NCBI GenBank assembly: GCA_963843845.1
Contig: CAWJMB010000002.1
Coordinates: 2,496,001-2,560,000 of the forward strand
DNA: 64,000 bases
Reading direction: 5' to 3'
From: an uncultured Gemmatimonadaceae bacterium
GTDB taxonomy: Bacteria > Gemmatimonadota > Gemmatimonadetes > Gemmatimonadales > Gemmatimonadaceae
The position numbers were made by a program, and so were the translations under genes. Position 1 is the first letter of the stretch. Each line of letters begins with the position of its first letter. The notes below the pieces were generated by a model. That model was not told the DNA's origin, did no database searches, and was given only the letters and a program-made list of their open reading frames with translations. This document shows, in pieces, positions 34,119 to 43,816 of the stretch.

Positions 34119-35054
34119 GTGCCCGCCGACGACATCGAGACTTCGCGCGAGGATGCACCTGTCCGCTCGCGCCCACGACGTCCTCGGCGCGCGCTGCGCG
34201 TCGACGCGCCGATCCCCGATGCCGACCGGCGTCTCACCGAGCGGCCGCCCCCCCGGTACGATCTGGCCTCGCCCGAAGCGCAGGCCGTGTACCGGCGCGT
34301 CATGGAAGCACTGCGCGACGGAGGTGTGCCGTTCATGGTGGGGGGCGCGTACGCCTTCACGCCGATCACCGGCATTCCGCGCTCGACGAAGGACTTCGAC
34401 CTCTTCGTCGCGAAGACGGACATTCGCCGCGCGCTCGGCGTACTGGCCGACGACGGCTTCGCGACCGAGCTCACCTTTCCGCACTGGCTCGGCAAGGCAT
34501 ACTGGGGCGACGACTTCGTCGATCTGATCTTCGGGTCCGGGAACGGCGTCGCGCCGGTCGACGTCGGGTGGTTCGAGTACGCGCTCCGCGGCACCGTGCT
34601 CGGCGTCGACGTCGCGCTGGCGCCGGCGGAGGAGATCCTCTGGTCGAAGGCGTTCGTGCAAGAGCGCGAGCGCTACGATGGTGCCGACGTCATCCACCTT
34701 CTCCGCGCGCGCGCCGAGCGGCTCGACTGGCGACGGGTGCTCGCGCGGTTCGGCGCACACTGGCGCGTGCTGCTGTCGTTCCTCGTGCTCTTCGGGTTCG
34801 TGTATCCCGGCGAGCGGACGCGCGTGCCGGGGTGGGTGATGGATGTGCTCCTGACGCGGTTGCGTCGCGAGCTCGCGCGGGACGCGGACGTCGGGCGACT
34901 GTGCCAGGGAACGGTGCTGTCGCGAGAGCAGTATCTGCCCGACGTGCTCGAGTGGGGATACGCCGACGGACGTGACGTTCGCTCGTCGCCGCAGGGGGGG
35001 ATGAGCGCACACGAGATCGCGCACTGGACCGCGGCGATCGGCCGCGTGAAGTGA
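34119..35054 (+). CDS. nucleotidyltransferase-family protein (start uncertain)
   Basis: MVGGAYAF...RSTKDFDLFV (GG-xn-DxD), HWLGKAY, VDLIF, RERYDGADV. Confidence 0.85.
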   Translation: MPADDIETSREDAPVRSRPRRPRRALRVDAPIPDADRRLTERPPPRYDLASPEAQAVYRRVMEALRDGGVPFMVGGAYAFTPITGIPRSTKDFDLFVAKTDIRRALGVLADDGFATELTFPHWLGKAYWGDDFVDLIFGSGNGVAPVDVGWFEYALRGTVLGVDVALAPAEEILWSKAFVQERERYDGADVIHLLRARAERLDWRRVLARFGAHWRVLLSFLVLFGFVYPGERTRVPGWVMDVLLTRLRRELARDADVGRLCQGTVLSREQYLPDVLEWGYADGRDVRSSPQGGMSAHEIAHWTAAIGRVK

Positions 35055-35085
35055 TGACGTGCACACCGCGTGGTCACCACGGCCA

Positions 35086-35154
35086 TGCCGGGCAGTGCGA
35101 GGGGCCTCGCCGGTAGAGTCGATCTACCAGCGAGGCCCCTCGCACTGCCGGGCA
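35086..35154. repeat. 32-bp near-perfect inverted repeat between convergent genes (bidirectional terminator or REP-like)
   Basis: tgccgggcagtgcgaggggcctcgccggtaga-gtcga-tctaccagcgaggcccctcgcactgccgggca, 2 mismatches. Confidence 0.85.
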
Positions 35155-35171
35155 CGACGAACGGACGCGAC

Positions 35172-35879
35172 CTAGCCGGGTGGCGCGTCGGCGCGCGGCA
35201 TGTCGCGACGCTCGTTCATCTTGCCGGTGATGGTCGGTGTCCAGCTCACCGGATCGCTCGCCGGGAAGGTCTGCTCGATCTGACGGTCGACGAGCGACTC
35301 CTCGACGGAATCGCTGACGAGCGACAGCAGCTTCTCGGCGAAGTCGGCCGCGTTCGCGCCGCCGCGGCCGGTGACCAGCTTCTGGTCGACGACGACCCCT
35401 TCGTCGACCCACTCGCCGCCCGCGTCACGGACGCTCGCCGCGAGCGACGGATCGGACGTCAGCGTCCGCCCGCGCACCAGCTCCGAGGCCACGAGGAGCG
35501 CGGCCCCGGCGCCGAGTGCGGCGACCGGACGATCATGCTCGACGAACGCCCGGACGAGCTTTCGCACGCGCTCGTCCGCTCCGAAGCGTTTCGCCTCCGC
35601 CGCGGTCGCCGGCAGCACGAGCGCCTGGTAGTCGGAGACCGTGACCGCGTCGACCGACCTGCCCGCCGCCTGCTCGCCCCCTGGCTCGTCGCCGAGCGCA
35701 TCGGCGTCGAGCGACACCAGGTGGACGTCCAGCCCGGCGGCGCGGAACGCGTCGAGCGAGGCACCCAGACCGCCGGTCTCCCCACCGTCCGACGCGAGCG
35801 CGGCGATGCGTCGACCGGAGAGCGATCCGCCGTTCGTGCTCGCCGCAGCGTCCTGTCGCGACGTCGCGCCGTCAGCCAT
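35172..35879 (-). CDS. DJ-1/PfpI-family protein, catalytic Cys absent
   Basis: LSGRRIAALASDG, DYQALVLP, RPVAALGAG (usually AICHG), GRTLTS, WVDEGVVVD. Confidence 0.8.
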   Translation of the reverse strand: MADGATSRQDAAASTNGGSLSGRRIAALASDGGETGGLGASLDAFRAAGLDVHLVSLDADALGDEPGGEQAAGRSVDAVTVSDYQALVLPATAAEAKRFGADERVRKLVRAFVEHDRPVAALGAGAALLVASELVRGRTLTSDPSLAASVRDAGGEWVDEGVVVDQKLVTGRGGANAADFAEKLLSLVSDSVEESLVDRQIEQTFPASDPVSWTPTITGKMNERRDMPRADAPPG

Positions 35880-36096
35880 CGGAGCCGGTCTCCGCGCGCT
35901 CCTCACGTCGCGCCTTGAGATCCGCGAGCGCCGGGTTCTCGCCGCGGCGCGGAATCATCCCCTCCTTCACCTCGGCGCGCGACTGCGTCAGCTCCTGCTT
36001 CTCCTTCTCGAACAGCTTCTCGTCGCTACGGCTCTGTCCCGGCTCACCGGCCTCTGCCGGGTCGATCGCGTACTGGTCTGGTCGCTTCCCACCCAT
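35872..36096 (-). CDS. small hydrophilic hypothetical protein (74 aa)
   Basis: MGGKRPDQYAIDPAEAG...; GGAGG RBS; overlaps the DJ-1 gene start. Confidence 0.7.
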   Translation of the reverse strand: MGGKRPDQYAIDPAEAGEPGQSRSDEKLFEKEKQELTQSRAEVKEGMIPRRGENPALADLKARREERAETGSDG

Positions 36097-36228
36097 GATC
36101 GCCTCCACGTTGGCCTCGTTTGAATAGAGGTCACGTTCCGTGCCGTTCCGAAGGTTCGCGCGTCGCGGCGCATTGTGGCGCGCCGTCGACGATTGGGTCG
36201 GCGGGCCAGGACAGGGCATATTGCTTTC

Positions 36229-37302
36229 GTGCCCATTCTTCCGCTGTACGGACATGAGTCGGTCCGCGCGCGGCTGCTCGACGCGATCACGCGCGACGCG
36301 CTGCCGGCGAGTCTGCTGTTCACCGGCCCCCGCGGGGTCGGCAAGCAACGGCTCGCGCTCTGGCTCGCGCAGGCGGTGCTGTGCGAGCGTGCGGACGAGC
36401 GGCCATGCGGCGCCTGTCGAAGCTGCCGCTTCGCGCTCACCCTCACGCACCCGGACCTGCACTGGATCTTCCCGCGCCCGCGCCTGAAGGACAGCGACCC
36501 GACCGTCGCCGACGTGCGAAGCGACTACGCCGAGGCCATCGCCGAGCGCGTGAAGGCGGGTGGCGTGTACGAGGCGCCGCCGGGGAGCGAGGGGCTCTTC
36601 GTCGCGGCGACGCGCGCGATCGTGCAGCTCGCGACGGTGTCACCGGCGATGGCGCGCAAGAAGATCTTCGTCGTCGGCGAGGCGGACCGAATGGTGCCGC
36701 AGGAAGGCGCCGACCAGGCAGCGAATGCCTTCCTCAAGCTGCTGGAGGAGCCGCCGGCCGACACGCTGTTGCTGCTGACGTCGAGCGAGCCGGGCGCGCT
36801 GCTCCCGACGATCCGCTCGCGTGTCGTGTGCGTGCGCGTCGGGCCCCTCCCCGACGCCGACGTTCGCGCCGCGCTCGACGACCCCGCGATGGCTGCCGCC
36901 ATCGGCGGAGCGGCGGACGACGAGCGGGTGCGTGCCGCCGCCGGCGCGCCCGGAACGCTCGTCGGCGCCGAGAGCGGCGCGGCGCGGAAGGACGCGCGCC
37001 GACTCGTGGACGCCGTGACGACCGGAACGCGCGCCGACCTCCTGCGGTTCGCCTTCACGCGCGGCGTGGCAGGCGCGCGCGGGGCGTTCAGCGACATGCT
37101 CGACGAGCTGACGGTCGCACTCCACGCGGTCGCGCGCGACGCGAGCGGCGCCTCGTCGACGCCGGTCGACGAGCGGCGCGCGCTCGGTGCGAGCCGCGCG
37201 ATCGTCGCGGTCGAGGAGGCGAAGGCGCGCGCACACGGCAACGTCAGTCCTCAGCTCACCACGGCGCGCCTCGTGCGCCAGCTCGCGGCGGACCTTCGAT
37301 GA
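36229..37302 (+). CDS. holB: DNA polymerase III delta-prime subunit
   Basis: [44 protein letters not shown]. Confidence 0.9.
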   Translation: MPILPLYGHESVRARLLDAITRDALPASLLFTGPRGVGKQRLALWLAQAVLCERADERPCGACRSCRFALTLTHPDLHWIFPRPRLKDSDPTVADVRSDYAEAIAERVKAGGVYEAPPGSEGLFVAATRAIVQLATVSPAMARKKIFVVGEADRMVPQEGADQAANAFLKLLEEPPADTLLLLTSSEPGALLPTIRSRVVCVRVGPLPDADVRAALDDPAMAAAIGGAADDERVRAAAGAPGTLVGAESGAARKDARRLVDAVTTGTRADLLRFAFTRGVAGARGAFSDMLDELTVALHAVARDASGASSTPVDERRALGASRAIVAVEEAKARAHGNVSPQLTTARLVRQLAADLR

Positions 37303-37796
37303 GCTCCGACCTCACGAAGCTCACGCACGTCGACGACAGCGGCGCCGCGCGGATGGTCGACGTCTCGGCGAAGTCCGAGTCGCGCCGGACGGCCCGCGCG
37401 GGGGGCGTCGTTCGCATGAGCGCGGAGGCGTTCGCGCTCGTGCGCGAGAATCGCATCGCGAAGGGAGACGTGCTGAGCGTCGCGCGCGTTGCCGGGATCA
37501 TGGGCGCGAAGCGGACGGCCGACCTCATCCCGCTCTGCCACCCGCTGCCCCTCGACGCGGTCGACGTCGTCGTCACGCTCGACGACTCGCTGCCTGGCGT
37601 CCGCGTCGAGGCGATCGCGACGACCGTCGCGCGGACGGGAGTCGAGATGGAGGCGCTGACCGCCGTCGGCGTCGCACTCCTCACCGTGTACGACATGGTG
37701 AAAGGCGTCGACAAGTCGCTCGAGATCGGGTCGATCGTGTTGCTCGAGAAGCAGGGCGGCCGGAGCGGCGCGTGGACGCGAACGCAGCCGCGGTGA
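37299..37796 (+). CDS. moaC: cyclic pyranopterin monophosphate synthase
   Basis: [40 protein letters not shown]. Confidence 0.96.
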   Translation: MSSDLTKLTHVDDSGAARMVDVSAKSESRRTARAGGVVRMSAEAFALVRENRIAKGDVLSVARVAGIMGAKRTADLIPLCHPLPLDAVDVVVTLDDSLPGVRVEAIATTVARTGVEMEALTAVGVALLTVYDMVKGVDKSLEIGSIVLLEKQGGRSGAWTRTQPR

Positions 37797-38485
37797 GCTA
37801 CGCCTACCGTGGGGACCGCGAGCGCCGACGCCGCCGTCGCCGCCGGCTGCTGATGGGCGCCGCGCTCGCCGCCACGGGGACGCTCGCGGTACGCGACCCT
37901 GCCCCGGCCGTCGCGACGGCGGCGACGGTCCACGCGCCGCTCGCTGCCCTGGTCCGCTCGCGCACGCCCTCGCGAACGCACGCCCCGGTCGCCCGGCTGC
38001 TCGCGACGCCGGACACGTCGCGGACGGTGGAGCGACTCCGACGGTGGAACCGGCTGTACCGGTTCTCGGGACATTACGGCGTCGCGCCCGAGCTGGCGGT
38101 CGCCATCCACGACATCGCGATCGCCGAAGGGATCGATCCGGCGCTCGCCTTCCGCCTCGTGCGGGTCGAGAGCGAGTTCAACGAGCGCGCCACGAGTCCC
38201 GTCGGCGCGGTCGGCCTGACGCAGGTCATGCCGGGCACGGCCCGGTACTACGTGTCCGGGGTGTCGCGAACGCGTCTGTACGACCGGCAGCTCAACCTGC
38301 ACGTCGGCTTTCGCTATCTGCGCGGCCTGATCCGCGAGTACAAGAGCCTGCGTCTCGCCCTGCTGGTCTACAATCGCGGTCCGGTCGCGGTCAAGGCGGC
38401 GCTCGAGCGGGGCGACGACCCGGCCAACGGCTACGAGGAAGTGGTCGCGAAAGGCTACAAGGGGCGCGGCACCGTCGGGCACTGA
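37793..38485 (+). CDS. SLT-domain lytic transglycosylase with N-terminal poly-Arg and hydrophobic anchor
   Basis: VRVESEFN...[21 protein letters not shown]. Confidence 0.88.
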   Translation: MSYAYRGDRERRRRRRRRLLMGAALAATGTLAVRDPAPAVATAATVHAPLAALVRSRTPSRTHAPVARLLATPDTSRTVERLRRWNRLYRFSGHYGVAPELAVAIHDIAIAEGIDPALAFRLVRVESEFNERATSPVGAVGLTQVMPGTARYYVSGVSRTRLYDRQLNLHVGFRYLRGLIREYKSLRLALLVYNRGPVAVKAALERGDDPANGYEEVVAKGYKGRGTVGH

Positions 38486-38491
38486 CGCTGC

Positions 38492-39823
38492 CTATCGCAA
38501 CGGCAGCGTGCCCAACGCGCCGCCGTAGTCGGCCACGTCGCGCGCGTACGCGCGGACCGCGCGGGTCGGCGCGCGCAGCTGCTGACCACCGATCACGCGC
38601 CCCTTCCACTTTCCGCTCGTCGCGAGTGCGAGCTGGGGATTGTAGCGGCGCAGCGTCGCCACGCTCACGCCCGCGCGTTCGGCCGCGCCGGCGAGGAGCT
38701 CGCGCTTGCGCGAGACGATCGAGCGGAACGCGACTCGGTCGCTCGCGTCGACGTCGTGGAGCGCGGCGGTGGTGCGCGCCGCGCTCCCCGACGGAACGCG
38801 CACCGTCGTCGCGCCGCCGGGCGGTGTGACGCCGCGCAGGATCTGCGGGTTCAGCGCGAGCAGTTCGTCGCGCGAGATGCGGGCGGCGCCGGCGACGACG
38901 GCGAGTGGCGTCAGCGGTGCGACGCGGACCGTGTCGAACGTGAACTCTCGCTGCGGCCGGACGGCGACGGCGTAGCGCGACGGCTCTTTCGCCACGAGCA
39001 GCGTCGCGATGAGCCTCGGCACGTAGTTCTTCGTCTCCGCGCGGAGGTAGTCGCCTGCGGCGAGCGCGAAGTAGCGGGCGTCGTCGGCCGGCGCCAACGC
39101 GTCGCTCGGCACGGCGGGCGCGAGGTCATCGAGCGCGCGGAGGTGCTCGTCGGCGGCGAGCTGCGTCAGTCCGCGTGCGACACGGGTCTCGCCGCCATTG
39201 TACGCTGCGGCCGCGAGCAACGTCGAGCCGAACTGGGAGTGGAGCCAGCGCAGATTCCGTGCGGCGGCCTGCGTCGCCCGCACGAGGTCGCGCCGCTCGT
39301 CGATCCACCAGTCGACACGCAGTCCGACGTCGCGCGCCGTCCCCGCCATGAACTGCCACATGCCGACTGCGCCGACGCGCGACGTCGCGTCGGGATCGAA
39401 GCCGCTCTCGACGAGCGCGAGGTAGTGCAGATCGTCGGGCAGCCCGGCGTCGCGAAGGGTGCGCCGGATGAACGACTCGTAGCGCGCGCCGCGCTCGAGC
39501 TGCGCCACGAACTCTTCACGCCACGCGCCGGTGAGGCGCGCGACGTAGCGAACGACGCGTTCGTCCTGCTCCCACTCGTGCACGGCGAGTCCGAACTCGA
39601 CGCCCGGCAGGTGCTCGTGCGGCGCTCGCACCGCCGTCGCCCTGGCGGCGGGCGACGCGACCTCCGTCGCGGGAGCGCCTCGCGGCGGGTCAGTCGGCGG
39701 CGCGGCGTGGACCCCGACCGGCGGCGCGGGGCGCGTCGCCGTGGCCGCGCGCGGCGGAGCGTGCGCGCACGCCGCGGTGACGAGGGCGAGCGCGACGGCT
39801 GCCGTCGTCGATCGAGACACCAT
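38492..39823 (-). CDS. MltD-like lytic transglycosylase lipoprotein with LysM-like repeats
   Basis: lipobox TAAC, LALVESGF, GAVGMWQFM, DERRD, AAYNGG, ETKNYVP, LLALNP/LRRYNP. Confidence 0.88.
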   Translation of the reverse strand: MVSRSTTAAVALALVTAACAHAPPRAATATRPAPPVGVHAAPPTDPPRGAPATEVASPAARATAVRAPHEHLPGVEFGLAVHEWEQDERVVRYVARLTGAWREEFVAQLERGARYESFIRRTLRDAGLPDDLHYLALVESGFDPDATSRVGAVGMWQFMAGTARDVGLRVDWWIDERRDLVRATQAAARNLRWLHSQFGSTLLAAAAYNGGETRVARGLTQLAADEHLRALDDLAPAVPSDALAPADDARYFALAAGDYLRAETKNYVPRLIATLLVAKEPSRYAVAVRPQREFTFDTVRVAPLTPLAVVAGAARISRDELLALNPQILRGVTPPGGATTVRVPSGSAARTTAALHDVDASDRVAFRSIVSRKRELLAGAAERAGVSVATLRRYNPQLALATSGKWKGRVIGGQQLRAPTRAVRAYARDVADYGGALGTLPLR

Positions 39824-39838
39824 GCGAGCCCCCGGCCG

Positions 39839-40258
39839 TCAGTCTGCGGAAGGACGCGCGCGCAGACGATTCGTCGCGTTCAGGACGGCGACCGCCGCCG
39901 CGCGCGCGACGTTCTCCTCGTTGCACGCCGCGCCGAGCAGGCGCGCCGGACCGGCGGCCTCACCGATGAGGACGAGTGTCACTGTCTGGTCGAACGCGCG
40001 GAGCGTCTTCGTGCCGGCCACCACGAGGGACGGGAGCGACGGCAGCGCCGAGCGCAGTGCCGCGAGCGCCGCCTCCGCGGCGATGCGCACGTCGCCGGTC
40101 GCCGTCGGTACGTCTTCGAACGTGCCCGTCACGCGGCGCCCGTCCGGGGTATCGAGCGCGACCTCGACCCGCTGCCGGCCGGACGGCGCTCGCTGCACGC
40201 GCACGTCGGTCAACCGCACGCGGGGCGGCCCGGCGACGTCTGTGTCGGGTGCGGACAT
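39839..40258 (-). CDS. hypothetical protein, possibly LeuA allosteric-domain-like fold
   Basis: 139-aa ORF with two beta-alpha halves ending RIAAEAALAAL and ARAAAVAVLNATNR. Confidence 0.7.
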   Translation of the reverse strand: MSAPDTDVAGPPRVRLTDVRVQRAPSGRQRVEVALDTPDGRRVTGTFEDVPTATGDVRIAAEAALAALRSALPSLPSLVVAGTKTLRAFDQTVTLVLIGEAAGPARLLGAACNEENVARAAAVAVLNATNRLRARPSAD

Positions 40259-40265
40259 GGCGCAG

Positions 40266-40294
40266 ACGATACGCCATCACCATCACTCCGACAA
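40266..40294 (-). promoter_or_regulatory. sigma70-like promoter giving a probably leaderless mRNA
   Basis: TTGTCG-17 bp-TATCGT-7 nt-ATG(40258). Confidence 0.6.
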
Positions 40295-40307
40295 CCGCCC
40301 TCCGCCG

Positions 40308-41609
40308 CTAGGCGACGAGCCGCATCGCCTTCCGCCGACACTTCTCGGCGTAGAGCGCGGCATCCGCGTCGGCGAGGAGCGCCTCGAGCGCAGGCACGCC
40401 GGCGCCCTGCTCGTCGGCGCCGTTCGACGCGCGCGCCGTGCCGACGCTGAGCCGCAGCGTGTACGGCCAGTCCTCGACGAGGGTCACCGTCTCCAGTCGC
40501 CTCGCGATACGCTCGGTCACGGCGTTCGCGATCGTGGCCGGGTCCATCCCGACGCCGTGGACGGCGAACGCCACGAACTCGTCGCCGCCGAGGCGCCCGA
40601 TGACGTCCGACTCGCGGAACGTCGCACGCAGCACGTCCGCGACCGCCCGCAGCGCCTGATCGCCGATCGCGTGGCCGTGGGTGTCGTTGATGCGCTTGAA
40701 GTCGTCCATGTCCATGTAGAACACGAGGACCGGCGCGCCGCGATCGCGCGCGCGTTGCAACGTCTGCTCGGCGATCGTGAGGAATCCACGGCGGTTGTAC
40801 AGGCCGGTCAGCTCGTCGACGAGCGACAGCGAGCGCAGCGCTGCCTCGGTCTGCCGCCGGTCGGTGACGTCGCGCATGACGGACGAGTAGAAGCGCGGCT
40901 GCCCTGCGCCGTCGAGGTGCGCGATGAGCACCTGCTCGACCGGCACCTCGCGCCCGTCGCGCTTGCGAAGCACCGTCTCGCCCCGCCAGATCCCGTCGCG
41001 TACCGCACGTCGCGGGGCAGAGTCGAGCGCGCCGCCGGGAAGGAGCTGCGGCTGGAAGTCGGCGACGGTGATCGTGTAGCACATGTCCGACGCCTCGTGG
41101 TGCGTGAGCCCGAGCATCGCTCGCCCGGCGGCGTTCAGGTACTCGACGCGGCCGTCGACGCCGGTCACGGCGACGATGTCCGGCATCTGCTCCAGGATGG
41201 CCGCGAGCCGCGCCTGCGACAGCGCCGCGCGACGCCGTTCGCTGATGTCGCGCGTCGCGATCGCGAGCCCGTCGGGGATCGGAACGGCGATGACGTGGAG
41301 CCACTGCTCGCCGCCCGAGGCCGACTCGACGTAGCGCTCTTCCTCGATCGACTCGCCGAACTGCGCGACGCGCCGGTAGGCGTCCAGCAGGCCGAGCTCG
41401 CGGTGCATCGGGAACCGGTCGCACAGCGCGGCGCCAGCCAGCTCATCGCGCGTCTCACCGGCGAGCCGCTCGGCGGCCGCATTGACGTCGACGATCGTGA
41501 AGTCGACCACGCGACCCGCCGCGTCGCACACGGCACGCAGAAACACCCACGCGTCAGAGACGGCGTCGAGTGCAGCGCGCTGATACTGTTGGGTCGCGAG
41601 GAAAGTCAC
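40308..41609 (-). CDS. PAS-PAS-GGDEF diguanylate cyclase
   Basis: DELTGLYNRRGF, DMDDFKRINDTHGHAIGD, RESD I-site then RLGGDEF. Confidence 0.93.
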   Translation of the reverse strand: MTFLATQQYQRAALDAVSDAWVFLRAVCDAAGRVVDFTIVDVNAAAERLAGETRDELAGAALCDRFPMHRELGLLDAYRRVAQFGESIEEERYVESASGGEQWLHVIAVPIPDGLAIATRDISERRRAALSQARLAAILEQMPDIVAVTGVDGRVEYLNAAGRAMLGLTHHEASDMCYTITVADFQPQLLPGGALDSAPRRAVRDGIWRGETVLRKRDGREVPVEQVLIAHLDGAGQPRFYSSVMRDVTDRRQTEAALRSLSLVDELTGLYNRRGFLTIAEQTLQRARDRGAPVLVFYMDMDDFKRINDTHGHAIGDQALRAVADVLRATFRESDVIGRLGGDEFVAFAVHGVGMDPATIANAVTERIARRLETVTLVEDWPYTLRLSVGTARASNGADEQGAGVPALEALLADADAALYAEKCRRKAMRLVA

Positions 41610-41700
41610 GGGTCGCTCGCCCTTCTCTGAGCGGTGGGAGGACGGGTTGCGCGAATGACGATCCGGTCATCGTCGCGTCACCCGTCGGCGTCCCACTGTG

Positions 41701-41740
41701 ACGAAGCGCCCGGACCGCTGGGCGGCGGCGGGCGCTTCGT
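41701..41740 (-). terminator. hairpin downstream of tRNA-Lys
   Basis: acgaagcgccc...gggcgcttcgt. Confidence 0.6.
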
Positions 41741-41755
41741 TCGCATCGCGTCACA

Positions 41756-41828
41756 TGATCCCGGTGGGGCTCGAACCCACGACCTACGGATTAAAAGTCC
41801 GCTGCTCTACCAGCTGAGCTACAGGATC
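41756..41828 (-). tRNA. tRNA-Lys(TTT), CCA not encoded
   Basis: reverse complement GATCCTG TA GCTC AGCTGGTA GAGC A GCGGA CTTTTAA TCCGT AGGTC GTGGG TTCGAGC CCCAC CGGGATC A. Confidence 0.97.
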
Positions 41829-41928
41829 GCCGAGTACGTCTGCAATCTAATGGACCCGGCGCGCTGCCGAGCGGCCGGCGCGCCGGGTCGCTCGCGTGGG
41901 TGCGGCGGTCGGGGTCGGTGGGGGTCGG

Positions 41929-43650
41929 TCAGCGGGTGCCGGCGAGCACCGCCGCGCCGCCACCGCCCAGCGCGTACGCATTCTGGATGTACTGCGACAC
42001 CATGCGCTGCGTGTTGAAGAACGACCCGTTGATCGCGATCGCGTTGCGCCGCACGCCGGCGTAGCTGTAGGGGCGACCATAGTACAACGGCAGCACGACG
42101 CGCTCGAGCTGGTAGTAGAGCTCGTGCACGTCCCGCGACGGATCCTGCGGCACGGTGACGTCCGGGCCGATCGCCCAGCCCGTCGTCCCCTCGAGGCACC
42201 CCTCGACCCACCAGCCGTCGAGCACGGAGAGGCTCGGCACGCCGTTCAGCGCGGCCTTCATGCCGCTCGTTCCCGACGCCTCAAGGGGCTTCATCGGCGT
42301 GTTCAACCACACGTCCGAACCCGACGTGAGCAGCGCGCCCAACGTCATCTCGTAGTTCTCGACGTACGCGACTCTCAGCATGTCGCCCAACGCGTGCGCG
42401 GCCTCGTGCACGCGGCGGATGAGGAACTTCCCTGCCTCGTCGCGCGGGTGCGCCTTGCCGCCGAAGACGATCTGCAGCGGTCCGACGTTGCGCGCGATCG
42501 CCCGCAGCCGGTCGAGATCGGAGAACAGCAGATCGGCGCGCTTGTACGGAGTCGCCCGCCGTGCGAACCCGATGGTGAACACGTTCGGCTCGAGCGCCAC
42601 ACCCGTGCGGCTCACGACCTCCGCGATCATCGCCGCCTTCGCGGCCGCGTGCGCCGCACGGATCTCGTCGAGCGGAATCGTGATCGCGTAGCGCAGGTAC
42701 TGATTGTCGCGACGCCACTCGGGGATGTGCCGGTCGAACAGCTCGCGGAACGGCGCCGACGTCCAGGTCACGGCGTGGACACCGTTCGTGATCGAGCCGA
42801 TCGGGAACTCCGGGAACATCTCCTGGCTCACCTCGCGGTGCCGCAGCGCGACGCCGTTGATGAAGCGCGAGCAGCGCAGCGCGAGCCGCGTCATGTTCAG
42901 CTCGCCACCGTCCCAGAGCTCGGCAGAGTCGAGGAGCGCGGCGCGGCGCTCGAGGACGGCGCGCACCATCTCCTCCGCGAATCGATCGTGACCGGCCGGC
43001 ACCGGCGTGTGCGTCGTGAAGATGCAGCGACGTCCGACTGCCTCGACGTCGCTCACGCTCACCTCGAACGCGCCGCGCGACGCGAGCTGCCGCTCGAGGA
43101 GCCAGAGGCAGAGCAGCGCGGCGTGCCCTTCGTTGATGTGGTACGTGCCTTCGAATCCGAGCGCGCCGATGAGCGCCGCACCGCCGATGCCGAGCACGAC
43201 TTCCTGACACAGGCGGTAGCGCGAATCGCCGCCGTACAGCGTGTCGGTCAGCGCGCGGTCGTACTCCGAGTTCTCAGGGAGATCGGTGTCGAGGAGATAC
43301 ACGGGCACGACGTGATCGCTCACGCCGCGCACGTCGTACCGCCACGCCCGCACCGCGACCGTGCGCCCTTCGATCTCGACCGACACGGTCGGGCCAGCGG
43401 CGGGAAGGCGGTCCTCCGGCGACCACGCCGACGGCGTCTCCGTCTGCACCCCGTTCGCGTCGAGGTGCTGTCGGAAGTAGCCCTTGCGGTGCGCCAGCGT
43501 CACGCCGATGAGCGGCGCACGAAGATCGGCCGCCGAACGGAGCGTGTCGCCGGCGAGCACGCCGAGCCCGCCGCTGTACGTGGGGATCGCCTGCTCGAGG
43601 CAGATCTCCATCGAGAAGTAGGCGACGGCGGGGATCGCGCCCGTAGCCAT
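41929..43650 (-). CDS. glgP: alpha-glucan phosphorylase (short form, 573 aa)
   Basis: AYFSMEI, YSGGLGVLAGD, HINEGHA, FTTHTPVPAGHD, FARRATPYKR, EASGTSGMK. Confidence 0.93.
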   Translation of the reverse strand: MATGAIPAVAYFSMEICLEQAIPTYSGGLGVLAGDTLRSAADLRAPLIGVTLAHRKGYFRQHLDANGVQTETPSAWSPEDRLPAAGPTVSVEIEGRTVAVRAWRYDVRGVSDHVVPVYLLDTDLPENSEYDRALTDTLYGGDSRYRLCQEVVLGIGGAALIGALGFEGTYHINEGHAALLCLWLLERQLASRGAFEVSVSDVEAVGRRCIFTTHTPVPAGHDRFAEEMVRAVLERRAALLDSAELWDGGELNMTRLALRCSRFINGVALRHREVSQEMFPEFPIGSITNGVHAVTWTSAPFRELFDRHIPEWRRDNQYLRYAITIPLDEIRAAHAAAKAAMIAEVVSRTGVALEPNVFTIGFARRATPYKRADLLFSDLDRLRAIARNVGPLQIVFGGKAHPRDEAGKFLIRRVHEAAHALGDMLRVAYVENYEMTLGALLTSGSDVWLNTPMKPLEASGTSGMKAALNGVPSLSVLDGWWVEGCLEGTTGWAIGPDVTVPQDPSRDVHELYYQLERVVLPLYYGRPYSYAGVRRNAIAINGSFFNTQRMVSQYIQNAYALGGGGAAVLAGTR

Positions 43651-43737
43651 ACGGGTCCTCTGTGTGTCAGGGTCGAGCGACGCAGGAGGGCAGGCGCCGC
43701 GAAGGAGAGTGACGGTAGCCGAGACCACCGGCCGCGA

Positions 43738-43766
43738 AATGTGTTCGGTTTACACGAAATGCACAA
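43738..43766 (-). promoter_or_regulatory. candidate glgP promoter with overlapping palindrome
   Basis: TTGTGC-17 bp-CACATT in a conspicuously AT-rich patch; GTGT-N7-ACAC dyad at 43741-43755. Confidence 0.45.
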
Positions 43767-43816
43767 TCGCGTGGACCATCACGACGCCGGCGTTCCGGGC
43801 GGTCCCTATGGACGAC

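Noticed and set aside
37815..37846. Poly-Arg (CGC/CGA/CGT/CGG) run as a phase-variable repeat
   Set aside because: Mixed codons in a triplet repeat that preserves frame; consistent with a basic N-region before a membrane anchor
27472..41828. Genomic island bounded by the two inward-facing tRNAs
   Set aside because: No integrase, no duplicated tRNA 3' end seen, uniform composition, and core genes (purEK, holB, moaC) inside
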